In this document: one piece after another, positions 52,421 through 62,781 of the stretch
How positions within the stretch are numbered: the stretch's first letter is position 1
Layout: each line of letters starts with the position of its first letter
NCBI GenBank assembly: GCA_004431415.1
Contig: QPMI01000277.1
Span: 1-64,000, forward strand
Length of the DNA: 64,000 nt
From: Cyanophora paradoxa CCMP329
Lineage: Eukaryota; Plantae; Glaucophyta
Reading direction: 5' to 3'
Notes under the pieces: model-generated
What the model was told of the DNA's origin: nothing
Seen by the model: only the letters and a program-made list of their open reading frames with translations
Databases searched by the model: none
Position numbers and translations under genes: made by a program

Positions 52421-53302
52421 ATGGTGCTGACACAACAGGCGAGCTATCGTAGAGTATGCCATCCCCGAATTTCCCACGAGCCTCCCATGCGCAGGAAATC
52501 GATGCCTGCAGAGATGCCTTCGACCGCTTCGACAAGGACAACAGGCAAGCGCGGGCATCTTCCTTTGCAGTGTACATACTAGCCGCATGCTCTAAAACGC
52601 CTACCGCAGCGGGGCGATTGATGTCTGGGAGCTAAAGAGCACCCTAGCCGAGCTGGGGCAGGCTCCGAGCGAGGAGGAGCTCTTTCAGATGATCAGCCAA
52701 GTAGGTTAGTCTGCTGAAGTGTGGTGTTGGCTGTGCGGTAGCGCGCTGAGCCCTCGCAGACGACGACGGCAGTGGCGGCATCACGTTCAGCTCGTTCCTG
52801 AAGCTCATCGAGATCCAGAAGACGAGATTGAAAGCGGAGGACGATGAGAGCGACACAATTGACGCGTGCGCGCTCGCTGTTGCCCCCGCTCCCTACGTGC
52901 TTGCTCACTGCGCATGTTATCGCTAGCTTCGTGGCTATGGGCGGCAATCCAGGTGCTTTCTGTTACAAATGCATGGAAGCATTCTTGAGAGAATGTTGAA
53001 TTAGACTCGTCAGATAAGACTGGAGAGATTGCCACGGACAAGCTGCGCAAGACGATCAAGCAGTTCGAGCTCACAGTTCGCAACAGCTGCCCTTGCACTC
53101 CCTGGCACTTCCCTGATTGCATGCGTGTGCAGATTGATATCGACCAATTAATAGCAGAAACAGACACAGACGGATCTGGTTTTATAGATTATGAGGAATT
53201 CAAAACCATGTTATCAGAAAAAGTAAATTCTCTGATCTTATCTGTACACCCCAGCGAATAATTGTCTGAACTCAACTCGTGCAGGTTGGCAAGGATCAAT
53301 AG
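52421..53302 (+). CDS. Calmodulin-like EF-hand protein, outer-arm dynein 18-kDa light chain (LC4)-like
   Basis: MVLTQQEIDACRDAFDRFDKDNSGAIDVWELKSTLAELGQAPSEEELFQMISQVDDDGSGGITF..DDESDTIDAFVAMGGNPDKTGEIATDKLRKTIKQFELTIDIDQLIAETDTDGSGFIDYEEFK. DESDTIDAFVAxGG and FELT are typical of LC4. Confidence 0.88.
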
Positions 53303-54264
53303 CTTGCGGCCAAGCTGCGCAAGTCGATCTCTCTTGCAGATTACATGCCACACTTGTAGCCCGGATGTTGCGATTCTACTAGCTAGCTTTAGTGTTGGTC
53401 ACCATAACCAACGACAAATTTCCAATAACAGGAAGGTGACCAGCCAGCCTAGGGGCTGGATTTCTTTGATAACGATAACGATTAGGCCCTGAGGGGTTGT
53501 GCATCTTTGATTACGATTATGATTAGTCCCTGAGGGTTTGGGTGCCTTTGCAAATTGATTACGATGACAATTAGGCCCTGAAGCGTTGGAAAAGGACTTC
53601 ACCGAGTCAGAAGTGAAATTATTAAAAAGCGTGCATACATGTATTCAGAGGGGGCTAGTTTATGGTGCCGCTGGGCGTGGCCATGCGAGCCGTGCAGTTC
53701 TAGCAGGCTGGCGGCGAGAGCGAGCAGAGCTGGTTTTCCAGGAGCAAGCACAAGTACAGGGTACAAGTGTGTCACCCACAGCGCTTCAAAAGAATATTTT
53801 TCCGCCAAGTCGAGGGGGGGGGGGAGAAACCGGGCTACTATGGCGTGAAGTCGTGCCATCATCCCGGCTAGCTAGCGCGCTTCGACCGAGTGCGAATGCG
53901 TCAAAAGCGATAGCTAGAGCGCGCTACGCGTCGTTTTTCGCATGTCCCCGCTCCCCCAGTGACCTAGGTTCAAAAAGTGGTGCGTGAGACAGCCGTTCTA
54001 GCTACAGCGCGCCCATCTCGCGCTAATCGACGCGTAGCAGCTCTTGTAATGATGCAAAACTAACATTGGCTATCGCTACAGGCAGGGACGGGGTCGTTTT
54101 GATGGTCACGGCCGGCGGCCCTCCGCCCAGTGTGAGCCACGGCACCAGCGGCGGAGCCCCACCGCCACCGACAGCGAGCGGCCTACGTGCGCATCGATCA
54201 ACAAAGCCAGAAACTGCAACAAGCGACCGGCGAGCGCACCAGGGTAGCGAGGCGCCGAGGTGCC

Positions 54265-54393
54265 ATGGCGGTCATCTTGGCCATTCCGGCGGCGCTCGCT
54301 GCATCCCCGCAGTTTAGCCAGCTTATGTCGACAATGAAGTGGTTTCATACCGTAAAAGCGCACCAAGACACGCCGTGGGCGCCGTGGTGGTGA
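54265..54393 (+). CDS. Candidate 42-aa small ORF
   Basis: gccATGGcg start context. MAVILAIPAALAASPQFSQLMSTMKWFHTVKAHQDTPWAPWW*. No homology recognised. Confidence 0.3.
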   Translation: MAVILAIPAALAASPQFSQLMSTMKWFHTVKAHQDTPWAPWW

Positions 54394-55419
54394 ACTGGCT
54401 GCAGGTCTCCAACTGGTGGTGCAGAGTTAGGGGCGCACAGCGCAGCGCCTGGGCCGGGAAGCAGCGCGCATAGTTTATATCTAACATATAGAAAGAGAAG
54501 AACGCACTTCCGGGCGGCGGGGCTCAGTTTCCAGGTCGGCGGTCCGCGAACCACCCCCCTTGGCGCGGCGAGGCCGGGCGCGCCACCCGCTGCGCGGCGG
54601 CGGGTCAGATCTTGCACGCGGATAGTAAACATGCATGTCGAAGTGCTGGAGTACCGCTAAAGCAACCTGGCGTCGAAGAAGAGCGAGGCGCAACCGAAAC
54701 GCGATGGGGGCAAAGGGATCTGGGGCGCGCGACCGCTTCCCGTGAGCGGAACCGAGCCACGACCACCGAGAGAGGTACGCACATGGATAATAGAGCCCCG
54801 GAACGCATACAGGATGAGCGGCGCCGCGCTGGTTGGGCAGGCGTAGGACCGCCGGGAGGCACCCCTCCGTCCGAACACGCAGAAGCTGCGCGGGCGGTTC
54901 AGATCGCAGACAGTGGATGGAAATGCATCTAGAGGTCCGGAAAGACACCTGACAGCGAGCTGCGCCCAGAGATCCGAAAGTCGCTCCTAGCTTCCGCGCC
55001 CGAGATGCGCTGCCAGGCCGCCGGGCGCGCGTGAAGCCCCCGGAAGTGCTGTACTACGTCCGGAAAGAGCGCTGGTCATGCTGGCTGGTCGGTGGATACG
55101 TCGGATGCGCCGTCGGCCTCAGGCTGCTCAGCTGCCGATTCCTGGGCGGGCGGGCGATCCGGGCGGCCTCAGGTGGCGAGGACTCGTCCAATCGATGTTA
55201 GCTAGGCAATACTGCTCGCTGCCAGAGCAAGAGGCGATGGCGTGGAGGTCGCCGTCGCCGTGCCTTAACGCTGAGGCTAGCGCTTAGACTCTAGCGTACC
55301 CCTTTTGGGGGGGGAATAAATGAATTTCGACTTGGCGCTAATAAATTCTTTTGAAGCGCTGTGCCGGGTGTGAGCCCGGGAGGGGTACATGAAAAGTAGT
55401 GGGGGTCCAATCGGCGCAC

Positions 55420-55760
55420 TCAATGCGAGCAGGTCGTGGGACCTGTACGCTTCTCCGGCGAGAGCGGGACGCCGAGGTCCGCGCAGGTGGCGGCCAGGTG
55501 AGCCATGGCCGCCGCGCACTCGCCCGTCCCGCTCCGGCCCGTGCTGAGGATGTCATCGACGAAGCGGATGGGCTGGAAGCCTTCCTGCCGCATCGCCCAG
55601 TCGATGACCTCAGCGAGATCTTCGAAGATACGTGGAGACGAGCGGCCGCCGAAGGGGAGGACGATATCAAAGTAGTACTCGTACTGGTCCGGTCGGGCGG
55701 GGTCGGGGAGCTTGTACCCCAGCAGCCCCCAGTCGGCGGGGCGCACGGGGCAGAGCTTGA
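55420..55760 (-). mobile_element. DIRS/Ngaro-like (tyrosine-recombinase class) retrotransposon RT, C-terminal part, degenerate
   Basis: FKLCPVRPADWGLLG..YYFDIVLPFGGRSSPRIF..IRFVDDIL..CADLGVPLSPEKRTGPTT. LPFG and FVDD are RT motifs. Homology is lost after GPTT. Confidence 0.85.
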
Positions 55761-58700
55761 CACAGGTGGAAGGGGGGGTCCGTTCGGACGGACGGAACGG
55801 CTCGCGGAAGCGCGCTTCTGCTCTTGTTCCGACGCGCAGAACAAAAACTTCGGACAGTCCGAAATCGATTAGGGCAGATCACAGCGAAGCGCCCGAATCT
55901 TACGTTCCGGGGCATCCGAAATCTAGGTTCTGACATCCGAAATCTAGGTTCTGACGTGCCAGAGCGGACGAGCGCCCGAAGAGTACGGTTCGCTCCGCCA
56001 GAACCGCGCGCCGGAACCGCGCGCTAGGACGCTGGGAGTTCGGGCAGATGAGCGATGCTGGCCTGCCGGGCCATAGCTAAGCGATCTGTGCGCGGCACGC
56101 GATGCCAAACGTTTCGGAACCACTAATTGTACTTGTGAGCACATACTGGACGTACATAGGCTGAAGCTGCGGGCCCCTAACACCGCTCTGCCAAGAACCT
56201 ACAAGCCGCGACCTGCTGGCGGAGTGCGACGGCCTTCTGCGCTCTACGCGTTAGCTATGAACGGTCTACGATGGTCCCGTGTGCGCTGACCTTCGTTCTT
56301 GCGCCACGCGGAAGGGCGATGTCGCGCCGCTCGCAGGCGTCGCTCCGGGCGGCCAAGCTGGCGTTAAACGATGATGCTGGAGGTTTGCTCGCTGTTTGTG
56401 CTGAGGTGCGGCGCGAGACGATGTGCTGTCCTGCACGCTGCAGGATGGTTGGAGAGCAAACATACCCCCCCTGAACTGGCAAGCTGTGGCAACTGTGGCC
56501 AGTGGCCAAGTAGTCGTACACCGCGGCCGATGCTCAGCCCTAACAGCAAGCTAGCAAGTCGTGCACCTCAGGCCGGGCGGTGGCGAGGCCGAGGCTGGCG
56601 GGCGCTGGCGGCGAGGCCGAGGCTGGCGGGGAGATGTTCACCCGCTCCAGAAGGTTGAACATCGTGTCGCGGTAGACGCCTCGTTGCTGCCGGCGCTGGG
56701 CCCTGCACGGCGCGGTCGCGGCATATGCATCGTGCCTTCTTTCACGACGCCCGCGGGAACGCGTGCGCCGCCGCCGCGGCCGAGAGCACCCCGCCGCGCC
56801 GATCCACCTCGTCCACCTCGTCGATGCGAGGCGAGCGCGTGTGCTTCCCTTCACCCGCCGCGCCCCGCCCACAGCTTACGCGCCCTCTTCAGATCGCCGA
56901 TAAGGCGGGAGGAACTCCTCCCCCGCCCTCCGTCCTCCGCCCTCGGCGGCGGCGGCGGCGGCGGGCTCTCTGGGCGGGGCAGAGGCGCGGCGGGCGGCGG
57001 CGCGGCTCGTCGGGCGGGGCGGAGGCGCGGCGCGCGGCGGCGCGGCTCGTCGGGCGGGGCGGAGGCGCGGCGGGCGGCGGCGCGGCTCGCCGGACGGGGC
57101 CCGGCGGGTGCGCGGCGGGGGCGGCGCGGCTCGTCGGACGGGGCCCGGCGGGGACGCGGCGCGCGGCGGCGCGGCTCGTCGGGCGGGGCGGGGGCGCGGC
57201 TGGCGACGGCGCGGCTCGCCGGACGGGGCCCGGCGGGGCGCGGCGGGCGACGGCGCGGCTCGTCGGGCGGGGCGGAGGCGCGGCGGGCGGCGGCGCGGCT
57301 CGCCGGACGGGGCCCGGCGGGTGCGCGGTGGGCGGCGGCGCGGCTCGCCGGACGGGGCGGAGGCGCGGCGGGCGGCGGCGCGGTTCTCCGGACGGGGCCC
57401 GATGGGGGCGCGGCGGGCGGCGGCGCGGCTCGCCGGACGGGGCCCGGCGGGTGCGCGGCGGGGGGCGGCGCGGCTCGCCGGACGGGGCCCGATGGGGGCG
57501 CGGCGGGCGGCGGCGCGGCTCGTCGGACGGGGCCCGGCGGGTGCGCGGCGGGGGCGGCGCGGCTCGCCGGACGGGGCCCGGCGGGTGCGCGGCGGGGGGC
57601 GGCGCGGCTCGTCGGACGGGGCCCGGCGGGGACGCGGCGCGCGGCGGCGCGGCTCGTCGGGCGGGGCGGGGCGCGGCTGGCGACGGCGCGGCTCGCCGGA
57701 CGGGCCCGGCGGGGGCGCGGCGGGCGACGGCGCGGCTCGTCGGGCGGGGCGGAGGCGCGGCGGGCGGCGGCGCGGCTCGCCGGACGGGGCCCGGCGGGTG
57801 CGCGGCGGGCGACGGCGCGGCTCGTCGGGCGGGGCGGAGGCGCGGCGCGCGGCGGCGCGGCTCGTCGGGCGGGGCGGAGGCGCGGCGGGCGGCGGCGCGG
57901 CTCGCCGGACGGGGCCCGGCGGGTGCGCGGCGGGCGGCGGCGCGGCTCGCCGGACGGGGCCCGGCGGAGGCGCGGCGGGCGGCGGCGCGGTTCTCCGGAC
58001 GGGGCCCGGCGGGGACGCGGCGCGCGGCGGCGCGGCTCGTCGGGCGGGGCGGGGGCGCGGCGGGCGACGGCGCGGCTCGCCGGACGGGGCCCGGCGGGGG
58101 CGCGGCGGGCGACGGCGCGGCTCGTCGGGCGGGGCGGAGGCGCGGCGGGCGGCGGCGCGGCTCGCCGGACGGGGCCCGGCGGGTGCGCGGCGGGCGGCGG
58201 CGCGGCTCGCCGGACGGGGCCCGGCGGAGGCGCGGCGGGCGGCGGCGCGGTTCTCCGGACGGGGCCCGATGGGGGCGCGGCGGGCGGCGGCGCGGCTCGC
58301 CGGACGGGGCCGGCGGGTGCGCGGCGGGGGCGGCGCGGCTCGTCGGACGGGGCCCGGCGGGGACGCGGCGCGCGGCGGCGCGGCTCGTCGGGCGGGGCGG
58401 GGGCGCGGCTGGCGACGGCGCGGCTCGCCGGACGGGGCCCGGCGGGGGCGCGGCGGGCGACGGCGCGGCTCGTCGGGCGGGGCGGAGGCGCGGCGGGCGG
58501 CGGCGCGGCTCGCCGGACGGGGCCCGGCGGGTGCGCGGCGGGCGGCGGCGCGGCTCGCCGGACGGGGCCCGGCGGAGGCGCGGCGGGCGGCGGCGCGGTT
58601 CTCCGGACGGGGCCCGATGGGGGCGCGGCGGGCGGCGGCGCGGCTCGTCGGACGGGGCCCGGCGGGTGCGCGGCGGGCGACGGCGCGGCTCGTCGGGCGG

Positions 58701-61700
58701 GGCGGAGGCGCGGCGCGCGGCGGCGCGGCTCGTCGGGCGGGGCGGAGGCGCGGCGGGCGGCGGCGCGGCTCGCCGGACGGGGCCCGGCGGGTGCGCGGCG
58801 GGCGGCGGCGCGGCTCGCCGGACGGGGCCCGTGGGTGACGCGGCGGGCGGCGGCGCGGCTCTTCGGGCGGGGCGGGGGCGCGGCGGGCGGCGGCGCGGCT
58901 CGCTGGGCTCGCTGGGCGCCGGCGCAGGGGTGGCAGGGGGCCGGGTGGCAGGGGGGCGGGCGTTTGAGGGGCCCTACCCCTGCCGGCCCGGTCCGACCGG
59001 CGCCTGCTGCCTTGTATAGCATGTGAAGTACTCAAATAGCTTTCGTTTGTCGCTTTTCCGGCCCCAGCAGAGCCTGTGCCGCGCGCCTGGGTGCCGCGCC
59101 TTCGCCGGGGCCCCTTGGTTGATGGTCACGCCGATCGATCGCGACGACAGAGCGAGCCAGCAGAGCTTCATCTCGATATAATGAGTGAGATTCTTAAAGA
59201 ATGATATCTTAAGAGTGTGTGCACCGATTTTCGCGGGCCCCGGGGAGCGCGAACGTTCCGGACGATCCGCGTTATCATGAGTCTCAGAGTCTTTAGACCC
59301 GGTGTGACCAGCCTGGCAGCCTGGCAGAGTACAACACCTGACTTCTCTAAGTTCATCATCAATTCTACTTCAAGGCTTCCGAAAGTTCAATCATTGAATA
59401 TCGCCGAGTCGATCAGCGCTGCTCAGCGGCTCATCGTCCGGAACCGTTGAACCGTTGAACGTTCGGCGAAGCTTGGTATTTGAATACAAATGAAGTATTT
59501 AGACCACGTACATCTTGATCCCAAAGCGGGAAGTCGCGGGGAGTACTGCGTCTTTGATCATGAGCAGCCGGGCAAGCTTGAGCTGCAGGCTTCCCGCGGG
59601 CCCGGCCCATTACGCTTGAGTGAAAACCCGGTGCTAGTGCGGGTTACCCTTCCGTCTGAGGCCTGAGCAAGGTCCGCGGCCCGACCGCCGCGGCGGTACG
59701 CCGCGATAACCGGAGGGCACCTAGGCGTACTTCGCCGCGTGCCGCGGGTGGAGCTCTGAGCGGGGCGCGTCCTGAGGGCGCACATACGTCCTAAAGAAGG
59801 AAAACATGCGAATGCACGCGCCTAGAGGCTCGGGGAAGCCCAGCAGCTATAGTCGCCCGAGGCTTGGCGCCGGCCATGGGCGAGCTCGAGCGCTAGCTCG
59901 AGCCGCGCGCGCGCGGCGCGGCGCCGGCCGCTGCCTCGGCCGGGCCGGCGCCGCGGCGCGCGTGGCAGCACGCTGCGGCAGCGCGGCAGCGCGAGCCTAG
60001 TACAGTACTGCGGTGCTTTCCGCTGCGGACGCCGGGGTATGGGGACCCCGGGGGGTACAAGTCTCAAGCAGCAAACTGCCACTTGCGAGCGAGCGAGCCA
60101 GCGCGCCGCGCGCTGATCGGTGGCTATCCGCGGCCTCTAGAGCGCAGAGACAAGTCGTTGGCATGGCGGGTGCTCCGATCGGCGCTGTTTCCGCGAGGTC
60201 ACCGACCTCCAGGTTCGCACGCCTCGGCGCCGCAAGACCTTCCGTCTAGAGTACGCATGAGAGCTCTCATTCACGTTCTGCGCACCAGTTCTGTTCTCCG
60301 GGGAAGCCAGCAGAAGATCCTACGCACTTGGCTCTTCCACACTAAGGCCTGAAGCAGTGCGCCCAGAGTTGTTTTAACACGCTAGCTGCGCTTCTGCAAC
60401 GTCAAAGCATCTATCTGGAGCTTCGCTGCGCCTGGATCGTTGTGCCGGCTGACTTCGCTCGGCTGCTCGTCGACGTCAGACTTCTCGGCTTCTCGTCAGG
60501 CGAAGGCGGCCCGGAAGCAGCCGCGGCGATCTTCATGCTTGTTATGAGCTTCTCGCTCCTCGGCGCTACGCCCCGCGCTTTGCCTCGACCTCTCGCAGCC
60601 CGAGCGCTGCAGCTGCTGGCTGCCCAAGTCAGTACTCACTCGTCTCTTGAAGCTGCGGCTCGTCGCGTCACGTTCACGATCTACTTCATCGGTGCGCACT
60701 CATCGCTCAGACCCGCCCTCCCACGCTGCCACCGCTGCTCTCCCCGCTTTAGCTGCTCCCCGCACGGCGAAAGCGTCCGAGAAGCTTGGTGCGCGCCTCG
60801 CCGCCCTTCAGCGCCGCGCGCCGCGCGACGGGGGGAGCGCAGGAGCCCCGAATCGCGGCGCCTGCGCGGCGGATGCGGCCGTGAGGCTGCGGCGGCCCTC
60901 CCTTCGCTTGGTGCGCGCCTTGCCGCCCTTCACCTCTAAAGCGCCCTCCCCCTCCCCTCTAAAGCTAGACGCCAAGTGACGCCCGCTAGAGCTAGATGGC
61001 GGGGCTGCAGCCCCGGCGACGGCCATCAGGTGCCGCCGCTGGTGCCTTGTCCCGCTGTCTTCTAGCCGCCCTATATATATTAGTTTTATGCAAAAGAGCT
61101 GACTCGATCGAGCGCAGAAGTCTTGAGCTGGGGTGCGTCGGCAACGGTCAGAGGCCAAGTTCGCAACTGCAAGCAAGGTTCGCGAGTCTCTCTCCTGCCC
61201 GACGCCCTCTAGAGCTAGACAGCGGGGCCCCAGCCCTGGCGGCGGCTCTCAGGTGCCGTTGCCGGTGCAAGGCCACGCTGTCTAGATAGATCTATAGATT
61301 CCTTGCGCGCGCGCGCGCGCGCCCCTGAGATTGTTTTTGCTGAGGCTAACTCCACCATCAGGCACAATCAGGCGCCGGCCTGCTCCCCGGGGCGGGCCGC
61401 CCCGTCGCGCGGCCGCCCCGCCGCGCGGCCGCCCCGCCCCGTCGCGCAGCCGTCCCGGGCCCCCCCGAGGCCGCCCCGCCCCGCCCCGCCCCGCTCCGCC
61501 CCGCCCCGCCCCGCCCCGCCCGCCCCGCCCCGCCCCGCCCCGCGGCTGGCGCTAGCAGCTAGCTAGCGTATATTATAAATACGTACGTATACCTGCAGTC
61601 AAGCGGCAGGCGCAGCAGCCAGGCGGGGCGGCGGGGCGGGGCGGCGGGGCGGGGCTGGCCGGGCTGCTCCCGGCCCGGCGGGCGGCAAGTGTCAGAACGG

Positions 61701-61934
61701 CTGGGATTCTGCCGCGGTTCCGGCGCGCCAGAACAGGGTTTTAGCGGCTGAATTTAGGTTCGGCCACTTATTCTGGCAAATGAGGTCAAAAAAGGCGGAT
61801 GTTCCGGCGGATGTGCCCATACGTCCGAAAGAAAAGTCCGTCCGAAACCGCCGTTCCGACTGTCCGAACAAGAGCAGAAGCGCCATTCCGCGAGCCGTTC
61901 CGTCCGTCCGAACGGACCCCCCCTTCCACCTGTG
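55761..61934. mobile_element. 6174-bp TIR DNA transposon (CAC termini, 3-bp TSD; CMC/CACTA-like), apparently non-autonomous
   Basis: About 70-bp TIRs starting CACAGGTGGAAGGGGGGGTCCGTTCGGACGGACGGAACGGCTCGCGGAA at 55761, with the reverse complement ending at 61934. TGA is duplicated at 55758-55760 and 61935-61937. Subterminal TCCGAA/TTCGGA repeats. Removing the element rejoins the RT halves. Confidence 0.92.
56943..58905. repeat. Extremely GC-rich minisatellite of about 40- and 45-bp variant units
   Basis: Units gcgcggcgggcggcggcgcggctcgtcgggcggggcggag (40 bp) and gcgcggcgggcggcggcgcggctcgccggacggggcccggcgggt (45 bp) interspersed, with repeated higher-order blocks. Confidence 0.95.
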
Positions 61935-62740
61935 TGAAGGCCCTGAGGCATCGACGATGTCGTCCTTTCCAAGCTCCGCCCCGGGGCCGAGCGTGACGAT
62001 ACGCCGGATGGCGTGCTCGACAGTCGGCAGCCGGTAGTGCAGCTCCTCGACAGAGATGCCGTCGTTGACCGCCTGACCCCGGAACTTAGGGTACGACAGG
62101 TCATGGATGCGGCGGTACTTAACGGGATTAGAGTGCTTCTTGGGGACCACGCCCAACGAGAGAGAGAGAAATGCAGTAGACACATCCATGCCAGCAAGAC
62201 TGGGTATGACAAAGCCGCAGAGGCCCCGAATGGGACGTGCAACGGGGAGGAGACGAAGGGCTCCATGGGGGGGGAGGGGAAGGGGCCGAGGGTACGGCCG
62301 AGGGCGACGCTCCTGGCGACGTCGGCCCGCACCGCCTCCAGATCGAGAGCGGAGGGGTGGGGCCGGTAGTCGGCCGAGAAGGCGGGGCCACGGTAGAGGA
62401 GGGGAAACCCGTCGCGGAAGCCGGAAGCCAGACGTTCAGCGAGGGAGGGGTCGGGGTGGCCGGCGAGGGCCGCCGTGACGCGCGCGGTCGGCGCGGACCG
62501 GCGTCTGCGCCAGAGCCAGGGAGAACGGCAGGACCTGCTAGTACGCATACGTAGGCACTGCCGTGGAGAACGGGGGAGGGAGGGGGAGGCCCGGCCGCAG
62601 GCGAGGGCGGGCTCCGCACGGAGAGGAGGCCGGGGCCGGCGTCGGCGGCGTCGCACCCTTTGGACACCCACCAGCCTCTGCACGCGAATCGCGAAGGTGT
62701 GGGCGCAGGCGGGGGCGCAGGCGGGCCGGGCGGGTACACA
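61935..62740 (-). mobile_element. DIRS/Ngaro-like retrotransposon, RT N-terminal part (with a possible gag Zn-finger remnant)
   Basis: TPVRADRV.AALAGHPDPSLAERLASGFRDGF..EAVRADVARSVALGRTLGPF..PFVSSPLGVVPKK..KYRRIHDLSYP...AVNDGI....YRLPTVEHAI...GPGAELGKDDIVDAF. Confidence 0.88.
62159..62239 (-). mobile_element. 81-bp insertion with a (CT)n 3' tail and 5-bp TSD (SINE or 5'-truncated LINE end)
   Basis: CAACG is duplicated at 62154-62158 and 62240-62244. The insert ends in tttctctctctct on the minus strand. Removing it restores SSPLGVVPKK. Confidence 0.85.
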
Positions 62741-62781
62741 AATGACTGTCTAGTGTGCACCACGGGATTAACCTAAGAGAA

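Noticed and set aside
53586-53987. ORFs downstream of LC4
   Set aside because: No recognisable homology, codon bias or splice structure.
56561-59035. 576-821 aa ORFs in five frames
   Set aside because: They arise from a stop-free GC minisatellite with 40/45-bp units that do not preserve frame.
55761-61934. Intact transposase, TnpB/Fanzor or tyrosine recombinase in the element
   Set aside because: I found no DDE, RuvC or R-H-R-Y motif set in any frame I could read, only decayed ORF-like pieces.
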